A model generated the notes under the pieces. The model worked only from the letters and a program-made list of their open reading frames with translations. It did no database searches and had not been told where the DNA came from. Positions 46,619-55,717 of a DNA stretch of 55,717 nt are shown one piece after another. Numbering within the stretch: the stretch's first letter is position 1; every line of letters starts with the position of its first letter. The stretch lies in the NCBI GenBank assembly GCA_035402985.1, contig DAONEH010000004.1:1-55717 (forward strand), in the 5' to 3' direction. A program made the translations under genes and the position numbers. This DNA is from a bacterium. GTDB lineage: Bacteria > Patescibacteriota > Patescibacteriia > Patescibacteriales > UBA12465.

Positions 46619-48004
46619 ATGGATAACAAAGAACAAAATAAGATGGATAAAATAATTTCTTTATGTAAACGACGAGGTTTTGTTTTTCCGTCTTCGGAAA
46701 TTTATGATGGTTTTTCAGCCGTATATGATTTTGGTCCTTATGGTGTGGAATTAGCTAATAATATTAAAAATATCTGGTGGAAAAGCATGACTCAACTTAG
46801 AGATGATATTGTTGGTTTAGATTCAGCTATTTTTATGAGTCCTAAAATTTGGGAGGCCTCAGGTCATATTAAAGGTTTCTCTGATCCATTAACCGAATGT
46901 AAAAAATGTCATACTCGATTACGTTTAGATACTCTACTGGAAGATTATGGAATTAGAGCTGATGAAAAAATGAGTGAAAAAGAAATTAATAAAATTTTTA
47001 ATGATAATAAAGGGAAAATTAAATGTCCTAATTGTGGTTCAATTGAAATGAGTGAGGCTAAAAATTTTAATTTATTAGTTAAATCTAATTTAGGAAATTT
47101 TACTGGTGATATGGATAAAGATCCGGTCTATTTACGAGGTGAAACTTGTCAGGGAATTTATGTTAATTACAAAAATGTTTTAGATTCAACTCGAGTTAAG
47201 ATTCCTTTTGGTATTGCTCAAATTGGTAAGGCTTTTAGAAATGAAATTACGGCTCGACAATTTATTTTTCGCACACGGGAATTTGAACAAATGGAAATGC
47301 AATATTTTGTTAAACCAAATGATTTTAAAAAATATTATGAAGATTGGAAAAAGATTCGTTTTAATTTCTATTTAGATTTAGGAATTAAAAAAGAAAACCT
47401 ACAATGGCATCAACATGAAAATTTAGTTTTTTATGCTAAAGAAGCTTATGATATTGAATATAATTTTCCTTTTGGTTTTAAAGAATTAGAAGGTCTTCAT
47501 GTTCGTGGTGATTATGATTTAAGTCAACATAGTAAATTTTCTGGTCAAGATTTAAGTTATTTAGATCCAAGTGATAATAAAAAATTTATTCCCTATATTA
47601 TTGAAACTTCAGCTGGGGTTGGTCGAACTTTTTTAGCAGTTTTAACTGAAGCCTACGGGGAAGAAAAAATTGATGATGATATTAGAATAGTTTTGAAATT
47701 AAATCCAATAATTGCTCCTATTAAAGTAGCAGTTTTTCCATTATTAAAAAATAAATTAGAATTAGTAAATAAGGCTAAAGAAATATTTGATATGTTAAAA
47801 AAAGAATGGCGTTGTGAATTTGATGATAATGGTAATATTGGTAAACGTTATCGTCGTCAAGATGAAATTGGTACTCCTTATTGTCTAACTATTGATTTTG
47901 ATAGCTTAGAAAACAATGATGTAACTATTAGAGATCGAGATACTATGGAACAAAAAAGAATTAAAGTAGATGAATTAATTAATTATTTAAAAAATAGATT
48001 ATAA
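46619..48004 (+). CDS. glyQS: Glycyl-tRNA synthetase, dimeric alpha2 type
   Basis: N-terminus KRRGFVFPSSEIYDGFSAVYDFGPYGVELANNIKNIWW, class II motifs (FRNEITARQFIFRTREFEQME), and a C-terminal anticodon domain (GKRYRRQDEIGTPYCLTID). Confidence 0.9.
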   Translation: MDNKEQNKMDKIISLCKRRGFVFPSSEIYDGFSAVYDFGPYGVELANNIKNIWWKSMTQLRDDIVGLDSAIFMSPKIWEASGHIKGFSDPLTECKKCHTRLRLDTLLEDYGIRADEKMSEKEINKIFNDNKGKIKCPNCGSIEMSEAKNFNLLVKSNLGNFTGDMDKDPVYLRGETCQGIYVNYKNVLDSTRVKIPFGIAQIGKAFRNEITARQFIFRTREFEQMEMQYFVKPNDFKKYYEDWKKIRFNFYLDLGIKKENLQWHQHENLVFYAKEAYDIEYNFPFGFKELEGLHVRGDYDLSQHSKFSGQDLSYLDPSDNKKFIPYIIETSAGVGRTFLAVLTEAYGEEKIDDDIRIVLKLNPIIAPIKVAVFPLLKNKLELVNKAKEIFDMLKKEWRCEFDDNGNIGKRYRRQDEIGTPYCLTIDFDSLENNDVTIRDRDTMEQKRIKVDELINYLKNRL

Positions 48005-48031
48005 TACTTAAAATAGAGAAAAAGATAAAAA

Positions 48032-48057
48032 AAGTGCTTAAAATAAGCACTTTTTTG
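48032..48057 (+). terminator. Rho-independent terminator after glyQS
   Basis: AAGTGCTTA (48032-48040), AAA loop, TAAGCACTT (48044-48052), then a T-run. Confidence 0.8.
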
Positions 48058-48073
48058 TATAATAGGCTATCTC

Positions 48074-48108
48074 TTGACAAAATCTTTTTTAAGTGCTAAT
48101 ATTTAGCA
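48074..48108 (+). promoter_or_regulatory. Sigma-70-like promoter with an overlapping palindrome
   Basis: TTGACA (48074-48079), 17-bp spacer, TAATAT (48097-48102). The palindrome TGCTAA-TAT-TTAGCA (48094-48108) covers the -10. Confidence 0.45.
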
Positions 48109-48132
48109 TTAAAAATGTTCATTGACAATGTC

Positions 48133-48226
48133 GTTAATACTACTAGGTTAATACTTAAAAGACCTTTATTTATAGAGATTTTTTAAGTATTAACCTTTAA
48201 TTAATAATTTAAAAAATAGTATTAAC
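48133..48226 (+). promoter_or_regulatory. Array of four copies of the 9-mer GTTAATACT (two forward, two inverted), including a perfect 16-bp inverted repeat
   Basis: Forward copies at 48133-48141 and 48147-48155; reverse-complement AGTATTAAC at 48186-48194 and 48218-48226. AGGTTAATACTTAAAA (48145-48160) is the exact reverse complement of TTTTAAGTATTAACCT (48181-48196), separated by a 20-nt loop. Confidence 0.6.
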
Positions 48227-48242
48227 CAAAAAATAAAAAAAG

Positions 48243-48650
48243 ATGGAAACACATTATCAAAAAGGCTTTGACAGAGATGGCCGAGCATTTACTAGTGAAA
48301 GTAAAAGAGACACCAATTGGGGTCTTATCATTGCTTTAATTGCATGCGGAATTTTAGTAATTGCTTTTGCAATTAATATTGCAAAAAATTATTATGAGGA
48401 CAAATTTCAAAATGAAAAAGAGAAACTTGAAATGACAAAAAAGAGTAACCAAACTCCAAACGTAATCGTAAAACAAGCACCAGTTCAACAACCGCAACAA
48501 CCGCAACAACCTATTATTGTCATGGCTGGGCCTGATCAACAGTCTACTGTTACCCCCGCCGTTACGGAAAAAACGGGAAAAAATGAAGAAGGTGATGCTT
48601 TAGAAGCTCTTCTTAAAATAATTAAGGCAACTAAAAAAATAAGTGAATAA
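48243..48650 (+). CDS. Hypothetical single-pass membrane protein with a QQP repeat
   Basis: 135 aa. TM segment WGLIIALIACGILVIAFAINI. Codon usage is visibly GC-richer than in neighbouring genes. Confidence 0.5.
   Translation: METHYQKGFDRDGRAFTSESKRDTNWGLIIALIACGILVIAFAINIAKNYYEDKFQNEKEKLEMTKKSNQTPNVIVKQAPVQQPQQPQQPIIVMAGPDQQSTVTPAVTEKTGKNEEGDALEALLKIIKATKKISE
48486..48512 (+). repeat. Tandem 9-nt repeat (CAACAACCG x3, last unit CCT) encoding QQPQQPQQP
   Basis: Read directly from the sequence. Confidence 0.9.
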
Positions 48651-48671
48651 TCATCTTAAAATTAACTTGTA

Positions 48672-49826
48672 ATGAAAAAATTATTAGCAATTATTTTATT
48701 GAGCTTGAGTGCCATGTTCGCGTTCGCTCAAAATGCCGAAACAAAACCTTCAAAATCACTTGGTGATTTTCAAATTGAAATAAAAAAATTCTATTTGAAT
48801 GTTTCAATTGAAAATCAATCGATTGTGAAGGATTTAATTCTGAGACCCAATGATGATTACAAGGATATGTATTTATCCGGAAATTGGGGAACCATAAAGG
48901 ACAAGATATCTTTTTATAACGACATTAAAACCCAAACTGTTGCCTTTGTCTTTGTAGCAAGAGTTGTAAACATCGGCGGTGTTTATAAACTTTATGAAGA
49001 AGGTAAGGATGTCGGTGCATTATTAAAGAGTGATTTGTTCTCGGATGTAAAAACCAAAAAAATTTTATGCCAGGCGGAGTTTAAAAATTCTGCCGGACAA
49101 ACTATTAAACAAAATTTAGAAATAAATTTTGAAAAAAATAGTAAAGAAAATGGCAATGAAGTTTTTGCTAAAGCTATTATCTCCGACGAAAATTTAGGTT
49201 TAAATGTTGTGTCCCTGAAGGTCAACACTGAAGATATGTTATTTAAATTCTCATTAAAAAATGAAGAATTTGGTATCAATATGGTGATTGACCCAAATAA
49301 ACCTGCCAAGGAAGTAAAAGCTTTGGCTGGCAAATCTATTCCTGATGGTGTTTATACATTCATTTGCCGAATGGGCTTACCTAATGGTATAGCTAAAGAA
49401 GAGAAAATTGAAGCTTTTGTTGCTGGCAACGAAATAAGTATTAGTCCCAATTCGTTCAATCCGTTAGTATTTACTAATGGTGATTATGGCATAGCCAATT
49501 TTAAAAAAGGCATAAGTCTGGTTAAAGTAATTAATAGTCGTTCAACGGCTATAACAGTATTTATTCCAGCTGATTATGCTAGTGTTGCCAATCGGAACAT
49601 TGAGAGTTCTATTCAAACAGAAGCTTTCTCAAAACAAGGATCGGGTTGGAAATCGTATGTTGTACCAGCTGGAGGAAGTATTAAGATGAAGTTGAAAATT
49701 TCTTCTTTTCCGATTATCATTTACGATCTAAATCGGAAAACTTCGGAAATAATCCAGGTTGGGTTAGTTTCCAAAAATTTTCAAATTCTTACTCTAGGGT
49801 GGGGAGATTCCTTTTCTCTTAAATAA
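48672..49826 (+). CDS. Secreted hypothetical protein (384 aa) with a cleavable signal peptide
   Basis: MKKLLAIILLSLSAMFAFAQNAE is a classic Sec signal with an A-x-A-type site. The rest is beta-rich with no motif recognised. GC-richer codons. Confidence 0.55.
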   Translation: MKKLLAIILLSLSAMFAFAQNAETKPSKSLGDFQIEIKKFYLNVSIENQSIVKDLILRPNDDYKDMYLSGNWGTIKDKISFYNDIKTQTVAFVFVARVVNIGGVYKLYEEGKDVGALLKSDLFSDVKTKKILCQAEFKNSAGQTIKQNLEINFEKNSKENGNEVFAKAIISDENLGLNVVSLKVNTEDMLFKFSLKNEEFGINMVIDPNKPAKEVKALAGKSIPDGVYTFICRMGLPNGIAKEEKIEAFVAGNEISISPNSFNPLVFTNGDYGIANFKKGISLVKVINSRSTAITVFIPADYASVANRNIESSIQTEAFSKQGSGWKSYVVPAGGSIKMKLKISSFPIIIYDLNRKTSEIIQVGLVSKNFQILTLGWGDSFSLK

Positions 49827-49849
49827 ATTCAAAAAAAGATTTTATGTGA

Positions 49850-49884
49850 GGGTATTTACTTTAATAAGTAGATGCCCTTTTTTT
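49850..49884 (+). terminator. Rho-independent terminator after the secreted-protein gene
   Basis: GGGTATTTACTT (49850-49861), TAAT loop, AAGTAGATGCCC (49866-49877). 12 bp including two G-U pairs, then TTTTTTT. Confidence 0.7.
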
Positions 49885-49899
49885 AATACCCTTTTTTAT

Positions 49900-49928
49900 T
49901 TGACCCACCCTATTTTTTTTGATATAAT
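49900..49928 (+). promoter_or_regulatory. Sigma-70-like promoter of the MBL-hydrolase/ndk block
   Basis: TTGACC (49900-49905), 17-bp spacer, extended -10 TGATATAAT (49920-49928). The palindrome ATAGAT-A-ATCTAT (49933-49945) lies just downstream. Confidence 0.5.
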
Positions 49929-49997
49929 TGTAATAGATAATCTATATTTAAAACACATAAAAAGCTAAGAAATTGGCTTTTTATATATGATAAAACT

Positions 49998-50642
49998 ATG
50001 AATATTTCATATTTCGGACATTCTTGTTTCAAGATAGAAGAAAAAATAAATGGTGAAAATATTGTATTGGTAACTGATCCATTTTCTAAAGAAATTACTT
50101 CCTTAAAAGTACCAAATATTGAAGCTGATATTGTTACAGTTAGTCATAATCATAAGGATCATAATAATGTTGATGCTTTACGAGCTAATCCTTTTGTTAT
50201 TGATACCGCGGGTGAATTTGATATTAAAGGAGTAATTGTTGAAGGTATTTATTCTTACCATGATAATAAAAAAGGAGCAGAACGAGGTAATAATATTATT
50301 TTTCGTTTTGATATTGAAGGATTAAGTTTAGTTCATTTAGGTGATTTAGGTGATGTCCTTGATAATAAACAACTAGAAAAAATTGGGGGAGTTGATGTTC
50401 TATTTATTCCTGTTGGTGGTAAATATACTTTAGATGCTAAAAAAGCTGTAGAAGTTATTTCTCAAGTTGAACCTCGAATTGTTATCCCAATGCATTACAA
50501 AAACAAAGATGTAAGAATAGATTTAGATGATGTTGAAAAATTTGTTAAAGAATTAGGAATTGCTCCAAGTTATGAAGAAAAATTAAAATTAAATAAAAAA
50601 GATTTACCGAGCGAAGATATGCGTTTGGTTATATTCAAATAA
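49998..50642 (+). CDS. Metallo-beta-lactamase-fold metal-dependent hydrolase (UPF0173-like)
   Basis: YFGHSCF start, HxHxDH motif (SHNHKDH). 214 aa. Confidence 0.75.
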   Translation: MNISYFGHSCFKIEEKINGENIVLVTDPFSKEITSLKVPNIEADIVTVSHNHKDHNNVDALRANPFVIDTAGEFDIKGVIVEGIYSYHDNKKGAERGNNIIFRFDIEGLSLVHLGDLGDVLDNKQLEKIGGVDVLFIPVGGKYTLDAKKAVEVISQVEPRIVIPMHYKNKDVRIDLDDVEKFVKELGIAPSYEEKLKLNKKDLPSEDMRLVIFK

Positions 50643-50661
50643 TTATAATAATTTAAAAAAT

Positions 50662-51264
50662 ATGATTAATCCAAAAAAGGAACAAACTTTTGTTATTTTA
50701 AAACCAGATGCTATTCAAAGAAGTATGATTGGAGAATTAATTTCTCGAATTGAAAAAACTGGTTTAAAATTAGTAGCTTTGAAAATGATAAATGCCACCG
50801 AAGATCAATGTTGGAAGCATTATAATAAAGATGATAAATGGTTTTTAGAAAAAGGTCAGAAAATTGTTGATAATATGACCAAGGCTGGTTTACCAATAGA
50901 AAAAGAAGCCATTGAATATGGACGTGATATAATCGAAGCTTTAGTAAAATTTATGACTTGTAGTCCAATAATTCCGATGATTTTTGAGGGTAATAAAGCA
51001 GTGGGTATAGTTAAAAAAATAGTTGGTGGAACCGAACCTTTAACTTCTGATGTTGGTACTATTAGAGGAGATTTGACTTTAGATTCTTATGAGTTAGCTA
51101 ATTTTGATGGTCGAGCTATTAGAAATTTAATTCATTGTTCTGATGAAGTAACTGAAGCTCAAAGAGAAATAGCTATTTGGTTTAATCAAGATGAAATAAA
51201 AAAATATCGTTTAGTTTCAGAACAAATTCTATATGATATTAACTTAGACGGTATTAAGGAATAA
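50662..51264 (+). CDS. ndk: Nucleoside diphosphate kinase, long form with internal insertions
   Basis: EQTFVILKPDAIQR, GTIRGDL, and active-site NLIHCSD. 200 aa against the usual ~140-150. Confidence 0.8.
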   Translation: MINPKKEQTFVILKPDAIQRSMIGELISRIEKTGLKLVALKMINATEDQCWKHYNKDDKWFLEKGQKIVDNMTKAGLPIEKEAIEYGRDIIEALVKFMTCSPIIPMIFEGNKAVGIVKKIVGGTEPLTSDVGTIRGDLTLDSYELANFDGRAIRNLIHCSDEVTEAQREIAIWFNQDEIKKYRLVSEQILYDINLDGIKE

Positions 51265-51280
51265 GTTTATATAATTTTTT

Positions 51281-51751
51281 ATGGAAAAAGAAAGTTGGCA
51301 AAGTAAAATTAAAAGAGTTATTAAAGAAAAAGATGGTAGTTTTTACCTAATGATTTTTGTAATCTTTTTTACTTTATTAACTATATTTTTATGGGCCAGT
51401 AATTTAAAAATAGTTTTTTCCAAAGATAGAATTGATAATAATAAAAAAAGTATAGATGTATCTGATTCTAAAAAAGATGTGAAAGATGCTTTAAGCGATG
51501 TTTTAACAGCTATGAATAATATAGATACAATTACCGCTTCATCTTCTAATACTTCTTCAGATTTATTAGTAGAAGAAAAAGATTTAGAAAAATTAAAAGA
51601 AGCTTTAAACGAAAAACTTGATCAAAAAAATTTAGCTAGTAGTAGTTCTTCAACTATTCCCGTTATTTCGCAAGAATTAGATGATAGTGAACAAGAAATT
51701 GCTGAATTAAAATTAAGAATATCGGAATTAGAAGAAAAATTAAATGATTAA
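51281..51751 (+). CDS. Hypothetical bitopic membrane / coiled-coil protein
   Basis: TM segment [19 protein letters not shown], a Ser-rich linker, and a C-terminal heptad-like [16 protein letters not shown]. Confidence 0.5.
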   Translation: MEKESWQSKIKRVIKEKDGSFYLMIFVIFFTLLTIFLWASNLKIVFSKDRIDNNKKSIDVSDSKKDVKDALSDVLTAMNNIDTITASSSNTSSDLLVEEKDLEKLKEALNEKLDQKNLASSSSSTIPVISQELDDSEQEIAELKLRISELEEKLND

Positions 51752-51771
51752 TAATATTAAATAATTATAAA

Positions 51772-54700
51772 ATGAAAAAAGCAGAAAATAAAAAAAGATT
51801 AATAAAAAAAGATACCAAAAAATCAGTTTCTGATAAAAATACTCCATTAGAAACTAATATAGTGGAAGAAGATGAGGTTATAAACGATAATGGTCGTCAT
51901 AAAACTAAATATGGTTTAGTTCAACTTCAAGCTATTGGTGAAGAAATGAGCACTTCATATTTGGATTATGCTATGAGTGTTATCGTGTCTCGAGCTTTAC
52001 CAGATGTTCGTGATGGTTTAAAACCAGTTCATCGTCGTATCTTGTATGCGATGTGGGATATTGGTTTAAGACCAAGTGGTAAATTTAGAAAATCAGCTAC
52101 AGTGGTGGGAGAAGTTTTAGGTAAATATCATCCTCATGGTGATACTGCTGTTTATGATTCTATGGTGAGATTAGCTCAAGATTTTTCCATGCGTTATCCT
52201 TTAGTTCGTGGTCAAGGAAACTTTGGTTCAATTGATGGTGATGGAGCAGCCGCGATGCGTTATTGTATTACCGGTGATAGTTTATTATTAACTGATAAAG
52301 GTATAGTTGAGATATCTTCTTTATCTAAAAAAAGTGAAGAGAATATTAAAATAAATATTTTAAATTATAAAGGGGATAATAAACCAGCCATTAAATTTTT
52401 TAATTCTGGTCAGCATCAAATTATAAAAATAAATACTGAGCAAGGTTATGAAATAAAAGGATCAATTAATCATCCGCTTCTTTTATGGGGTTTAAATGAA
52501 TTTGGTCAACCTTATTTTTATTGGAAAACTTTGGAAAATATTAAAAAAGACGATTATGTAGTTCTTAATCGTAATTTTTCGTTATTTTCTAAAGAAGATT
52601 TAAATTTAAAAATATTTCAGCCTAAAATTAATAATAAAAAAACTGATCAAGTAGTATTGCCTGATAAAATGAATAAAGATTTAGCTTTTTTATTAGGAGC
52701 TTTAGTAGCCGAAGGTAGTTATCATCAAGGACAAATTTTATTTTGTAATTCTGATTTAGTTTTTTATAATAAAGTAAAAAATATAGTTTTAAAACAATTT
52801 CCCGGAGCAAAATTATATGAAAGAAAAATAACTGGAAATTGCTTAGAATTTAGTATTTATCAACAACAAATAGTTAATTTTTTGAAAAATATTGGATTAT
52901 TTACTAATGTTAGAACTAAAAAAGAAATTCCTTTTTCGGTTTTAAAATCAAGTAAAATGGTTTTAAGTATGTTTTTACAGGCTTTATTTGAAGGTGATGG
53001 TTCTGTTAGTTATAAAATTGATGCTCGTCATGGTGGGAAATCAATTGAATTGAACTATAATTCTAAAAGTAAAAAATTAATTGATCAATTAAAAACAGTA
53101 TTATTAAATTTTTCTATCATTACTACTTCACCTTATCAAGATAAAAGAAGTACTTGTTATAAATTAATAATTTCTGGAACTGAAAACATATTTAATTTCT
53201 ATAAAAATATAAATTTCTTTTCTGATAGAAAAAGAAAGATATTAGCTCAAATTAAAAAAATAAATTTAACTTGTTTAAGCCAAACTGACTATATTCCTTT
53301 TTTAAATGATTATTTAAGATCTAATTATTCAAATAGTTTTATAAAAAGAAATAATTTTGATCGTTATAATAGTTTAATTAAAAATATTAAAAAATTAAAA
53401 AGCATTTTAAACCCAAGTGATTTTAAAATGCTTAATTATTTATTAAAAAATGCATATTTTTTTAATCAGGTAAAAAATATTGAATATTTAAAAAATAAAG
53501 AAAATGTTTATTCTATAAAAGTTAATAGTTCGTGTCATTCTTTTGTGGCTAATGGTTTTATTAATCATAATACTGAAGCTAAGTTATCAGCTATAACTGA
53601 AGAATTAATTTTTGATATTGATAAAAATACTGTTAACTTTATTCCAAACTATGATGGTTCACAACAAGAGCCTCAGGTTTTACCAGCAAAATTACCTAAC
53701 CTATTATTAAATGGTTGTATGGGTATTGCTGTTGGTATGTCAACTAATATTCCTACTCATAATTTGAAAGAATTAACTTCAGCTATTAATCTATTATTAG
53801 ATAAACCAGAATCAACCGTAGAAGATTTAATGGAATTTGTTAAAGGACCAGATTTTCCAACCGGAGGTATAATCTATGATCAAAAGGATATTTTAAATGC
53901 TTATGCTACGGGTAAGGGTGGAATCGTTACTCGAGGTCGAGCTGATATTTCTGAGGATAAACATGGAAATTTTCAAATAATTATTACTGAATTACCTTAT
54001 CAAGTTAATAAAGCAACTTTAGTTGAAAAAATTGCTGATTTAATAAAAGAAAAAAAGATTGAAGGGGTAAAAAGTTTAAGAGATGAATCTGATAAAGAAG
54101 GAATTAGAGTTGTTTTAGATTTAAAAAAGGATTCTTATCCTAAAAAGATTTTAAATAGTTTATACAAAAACACATCTCTACAAAGCACTTTTCATGTAAA
54201 TATGTTAGCTTTAGTTGATGGAATTCAACCTAAAGTTTTAACTCTAAAAATGATTTTAGAGGAATATATTAAACATCGAGAAGAAGTTGTTTATCGTCGT
54301 ACCGAATTTGAATTAAATAAAGCTAAAGATCGGGCTCATATTTTATCAGGTTTAATGATTGCTTTAAAAAATATTGATGAAGTTATTAAAACTATTAAAG
54401 CTTCTAAAGATAAAGAAGTAGCTAAACTTAATTTGATAAAGAAATTTAAATTATCTGAACGTCAAGCTATTGCTATCTTAGAGATGAAATTACAAAGTTT
54501 AGCTAATTTAGAAAGAACAAAAATTGAAGATGAATTAAAAGAAAAATTAAGAATTATAAAAGAATTAGAATCAATCTTAGCTTCTAAAATCAAAATAAGA
54601 AAAATTATTAAAGATGAAACTACTGAATTAGGAGAAAAATTTGGTGATGAACGTCGAACTCAAGTAGTAGCTCATGGAGTTAAAAATTTTAATATTGAAG

Positions 54701-55659
54701 ATTTAGTTCCTAATGAAGAAGCTATGGTTATGATGACTCGCGATGGTTATATTAAACGAATTGATCCAGATATTTTTAAAGTTCAAGCTCGAGGTGGAAA
54801 AGGAGTTATTGGTTTAACTACTAAAGAAGAAGATTTAGTTGAGTTTATGTTTATTACTCAAACCCATAATGATATATTATTCTTTACTACTAAGGGTCGA
54901 GTTTTTCAATTAAAAGCTTATGAAATTCCTCAAGCTTCGCGAACAGCTAAAGGAACTCCAATTGTTAATTTCTTGCAATTAGTTAGTGGAGAACAAATTA
55001 CATCTATTTTACCACTGGATAAAATATCAAGTTATAATTATTTATTCTTTGCTACTGAAAAAGGTTTAGTTAAGAAAGTTAAAACTGATGCCTTTGCTAA
55101 TGTTAGACGTAATGGTTTAATTGCTATTAAGATAAAAAGTGATGATAAATTAATTTGGTGTAAGCCAAGTTCAGGCGCTGATCAAATTAGTTTAATAACA
55201 GCTAATGGTCAAGCTATTCGTTTTGCTGAAAAAGAAGTTCGAGATATGGGACGTAATGCTTCAGGGGTTAGAGGTATAAAATTAAAAGCTAAAGATATTG
55301 TAGTTGGCATGGGAATAATTAAAACTGATAAAGACGCTAAACGTCATTATCAAATTTTAACTATTATGAGTAAGGGTTATGGCAAACGAACTGATTTAAA
55401 TTTATATAAAGTCCAGGGTCGTGGCGGTAGTGGTATTAGAACAGCTAAAGTTAGTGATAAGAGTGGTAAAATTAGTAATGCTTTTGTCGTTAATAAAGAT
55501 AATATGGATGAAAAAGATTTGATTATTATATCCAATAAAGGTCAGGTTATAAGATTACCATTTAAATCTATCAGTGAATTAGGTCGTGATACCCAAGGAG
55601 TTAGAATTATGCGTTTTAAAGATGATGATGATGGTGTGGCTAGTGTTACTTATGTTTAA
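51772..55659 (+). CDS. gyrA: DNA gyrase subunit A, interrupted by an intein
   Basis: [41 protein letters not shown], and active-site AAAMRY followed after the insert by TEAKL. C-terminal beta-pinwheel repeats. The extein totals 859 aa. Confidence 0.95.
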   Translation: MKKAENKKRLIKKDTKKSVSDKNTPLETNIVEEDEVINDNGRHKTKYGLVQLQAIGEEMSTSYLDYAMSVIVSRALPDVRDGLKPVHRRILYAMWDIGLRPSGKFRKSATVVGEVLGKYHPHGDTAVYDSMVRLAQDFSMRYPLVRGQGNFGSIDGDGAAAMRYCITGDSLLLTDKGIVEISSLSKKSEENIKINILNYKGDNKPAIKFFNSGQHQIIKINTEQGYEIKGSINHPLLLWGLNEFGQPYFYWKTLENIKKDDYVVLNRNFSLFSKEDLNLKIFQPKINNKKTDQVVLPDKMNKDLAFLLGALVAEGSYHQGQILFCNSDLVFYNKVKNIVLKQFPGAKLYERKITGNCLEFSIYQQQIVNFLKNIGLFTNVRTKKEIPFSVLKSSKMVLSMFLQALFEGDGSVSYKIDARHGGKSIELNYNSKSKKLIDQLKTVLLNFSIITTSPYQDKRSTCYKLIISGTENIFNFYKNINFFSDRKRKILAQIKKINLTCLSQTDYIPFLNDYLRSNYSNSFIKRNNFDRYNSLIKNIKKLKSILNPSDFKMLNYLLKNAYFFNQVKNIEYLKNKENVYSIKVNSSCHSFVANGFINHNTEAKLSAITEELIFDIDKNTVNFIPNYDGSQQEPQVLPAKLPNLLLNGCMGIAVGMSTNIPTHNLKELTSAINLLLDKPESTVEDLMEFVKGPDFPTGGIIYDQKDILNAYATGKGGIVTRGRADISEDKHGNFQIIITELPYQVNKATLVEKIADLIKEKKIEGVKSLRDESDKEGIRVVLDLKKDSYPKKILNSLYKNTSLQSTFHVNMLALVDGIQPKVLTLKMILEEYIKHREEVVYRRTEFELNKAKDRAHILSGLMIALKNIDEVIKTIKASKDKEVAKLNLIKKFKLSERQAIAILEMKLQSLANLERTKIEDELKEKLRIIKELESILASKIKIRKIIKDETTELGEKFGDERRTQVVAHGVKNFNIEDLVPNEEAMVMMTRDGYIKRIDPDIFKVQARGGKGVIGLTTKEEDLVEFMFITQTHNDILFFTTKGRVFQLKAYEIPQASRTAKGTPIVNFLQLVSGEQITSILPLDKISSYNYLFFATEKGLVKKVKTDAFANVRRNGLIAIKIKSDDKLIWCKPSSGADQISLITANGQAIRFAEKEVRDMGRNASGVRGIKLKAKDIVVGMGIIKTDKDAKRHYQILTIMSKGYGKRTDLNLYKVQGRGGSGIRTAKVSDKSGKISNAFVVNKDNMDEKDLIIISNKGQVIRLPFKSISELGRDTQGVRIMRFKDDDDGVASVTYV
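52264..53571 (+). mobile_element. GyrA intein (436 aa) with a LAGLIDADG homing-endonuclease domain, inserted directly after the catalytic Tyr
   Basis: Begins [13 protein letters not shown] (Cys1, block A), has INHPLL (block B), and ends [12 protein letters not shown] followed by Thr+1 (TEAKL). LAGLIDADG motifs [14 protein letters not shown] and [13 protein letters not shown]. Same insertion point and terminal residues as the mycobacterial GyrA inteins (CITGDA...HN/T). Confidence 0.9.
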
Positions 55660-55685
55660 AAATAGCTTAAGTTAAATAAAAGAAC

Positions 55686-55711
55686 AAAAAACCCTTAAAA
55701 TAGGGTTTTTT
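55686..55711 (+). terminator. Rho-independent terminator after gyrA
   Basis: AAAAAACCC (55686-55694), 8-nt loop, GGGTTTTTT (55703-55711). Confidence 0.7.
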
Positions 55712-55717
55712 GTTTTT

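Noticed and set aside
48122-48150. Second TTGACA hexamer (48122-48127) as an additional promoter.
   Set aside because: No acceptable -10 lies at 16-18 bp; AGGTTA is what sits there. The hexamer is more likely incidental or part of the repeat array.
49851-49892. Alternative pairing AGGGTATT (49851-49858) with AATACCCT (49885-49892) as an attenuator switch.
   Set aside because: It lies at the 3' end of the transcription unit, downstream of the stop codon. The simpler reading is a terminator hairpin plus chance complementarity. There is no downstream gene before the next promoter.
1-55717. Alternative genetic code (UGA as a sense codon, as in Gracilibacteria/SR1), and presence of tRNA, rRNA or CRISPR.
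   Set aside because: Long conserved genes (clpB, infB, uvrA, gyrA, aaRS) read through uninterrupted with the standard code and end at sensible positions. I found no cloverleaf-like GC-rich segments, rRNA-like regions or regularly spaced direct repeats.

Overview
Very AT-rich, densely packed bacterial chromosome segment read with the standard genetic code. Most genes lack a Shine-Dalgarno sequence. The gene content looks like a small-genome Patescibacteria/CPR-type organism, but that is inference from content only. Housekeeping genes present: radA, clpB, infB-rbfA-nrnA, uvrA, tyrS-argS-glyQS, ndk, and gyrA, which is interrupted by a 436-aa intein. Accessory and unusual content, 5' to 3': (1) A slightly GC-richer block of small-molecule detoxification-type enzymes: a frameshifted RimL-type GNAT, an S51 peptidase, an S66 MccF/LdcA-like carboxypeptidase, two Nudix genes and a second GNAT. 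One Nudix gene is truncated and fused to the 3' SPASM end of a radical-SAM gene. (2) A very low-GC two-gene cassette (divergent KsgA/Erm-family methyltransferase plus a Trp-rich unknown) bracketed by 80-bp direct repeats derived from the 5' end of a GNAT gene. (3) Two AbiEi/AbiEii toxin-antitoxin pairs. (4) A compact type IV secretion-like module with a VirB6/TrbL-like protein, PrgI/VirB3-like protein, split VirB4 and membrane DsbA, but no relaxase or coupling protein in the window. (5) A proteostasis locus: a CIRCE-like operator, a ClpB carrying a ClpC-type IGF loop, and a membrane-anchored Clp paralog with a degenerate first ATPase domain. (6) A WecA/MraY-family transferase fused to QueH. 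(7) A short UvrA lacking the UvrB-binding domain. (8) A translin-family gene. (9) A 1006-aa tandem double PilB/GspE ATPase. (10) A GC-richer two-gene insert after glyQS with an array of 9-mer repeats in its leader. No rRNA, tRNA, CRISPR array, transposase or integrase was recognised. All functional calls rest on motifs read by eye from the ORF translations; no database search was possible.
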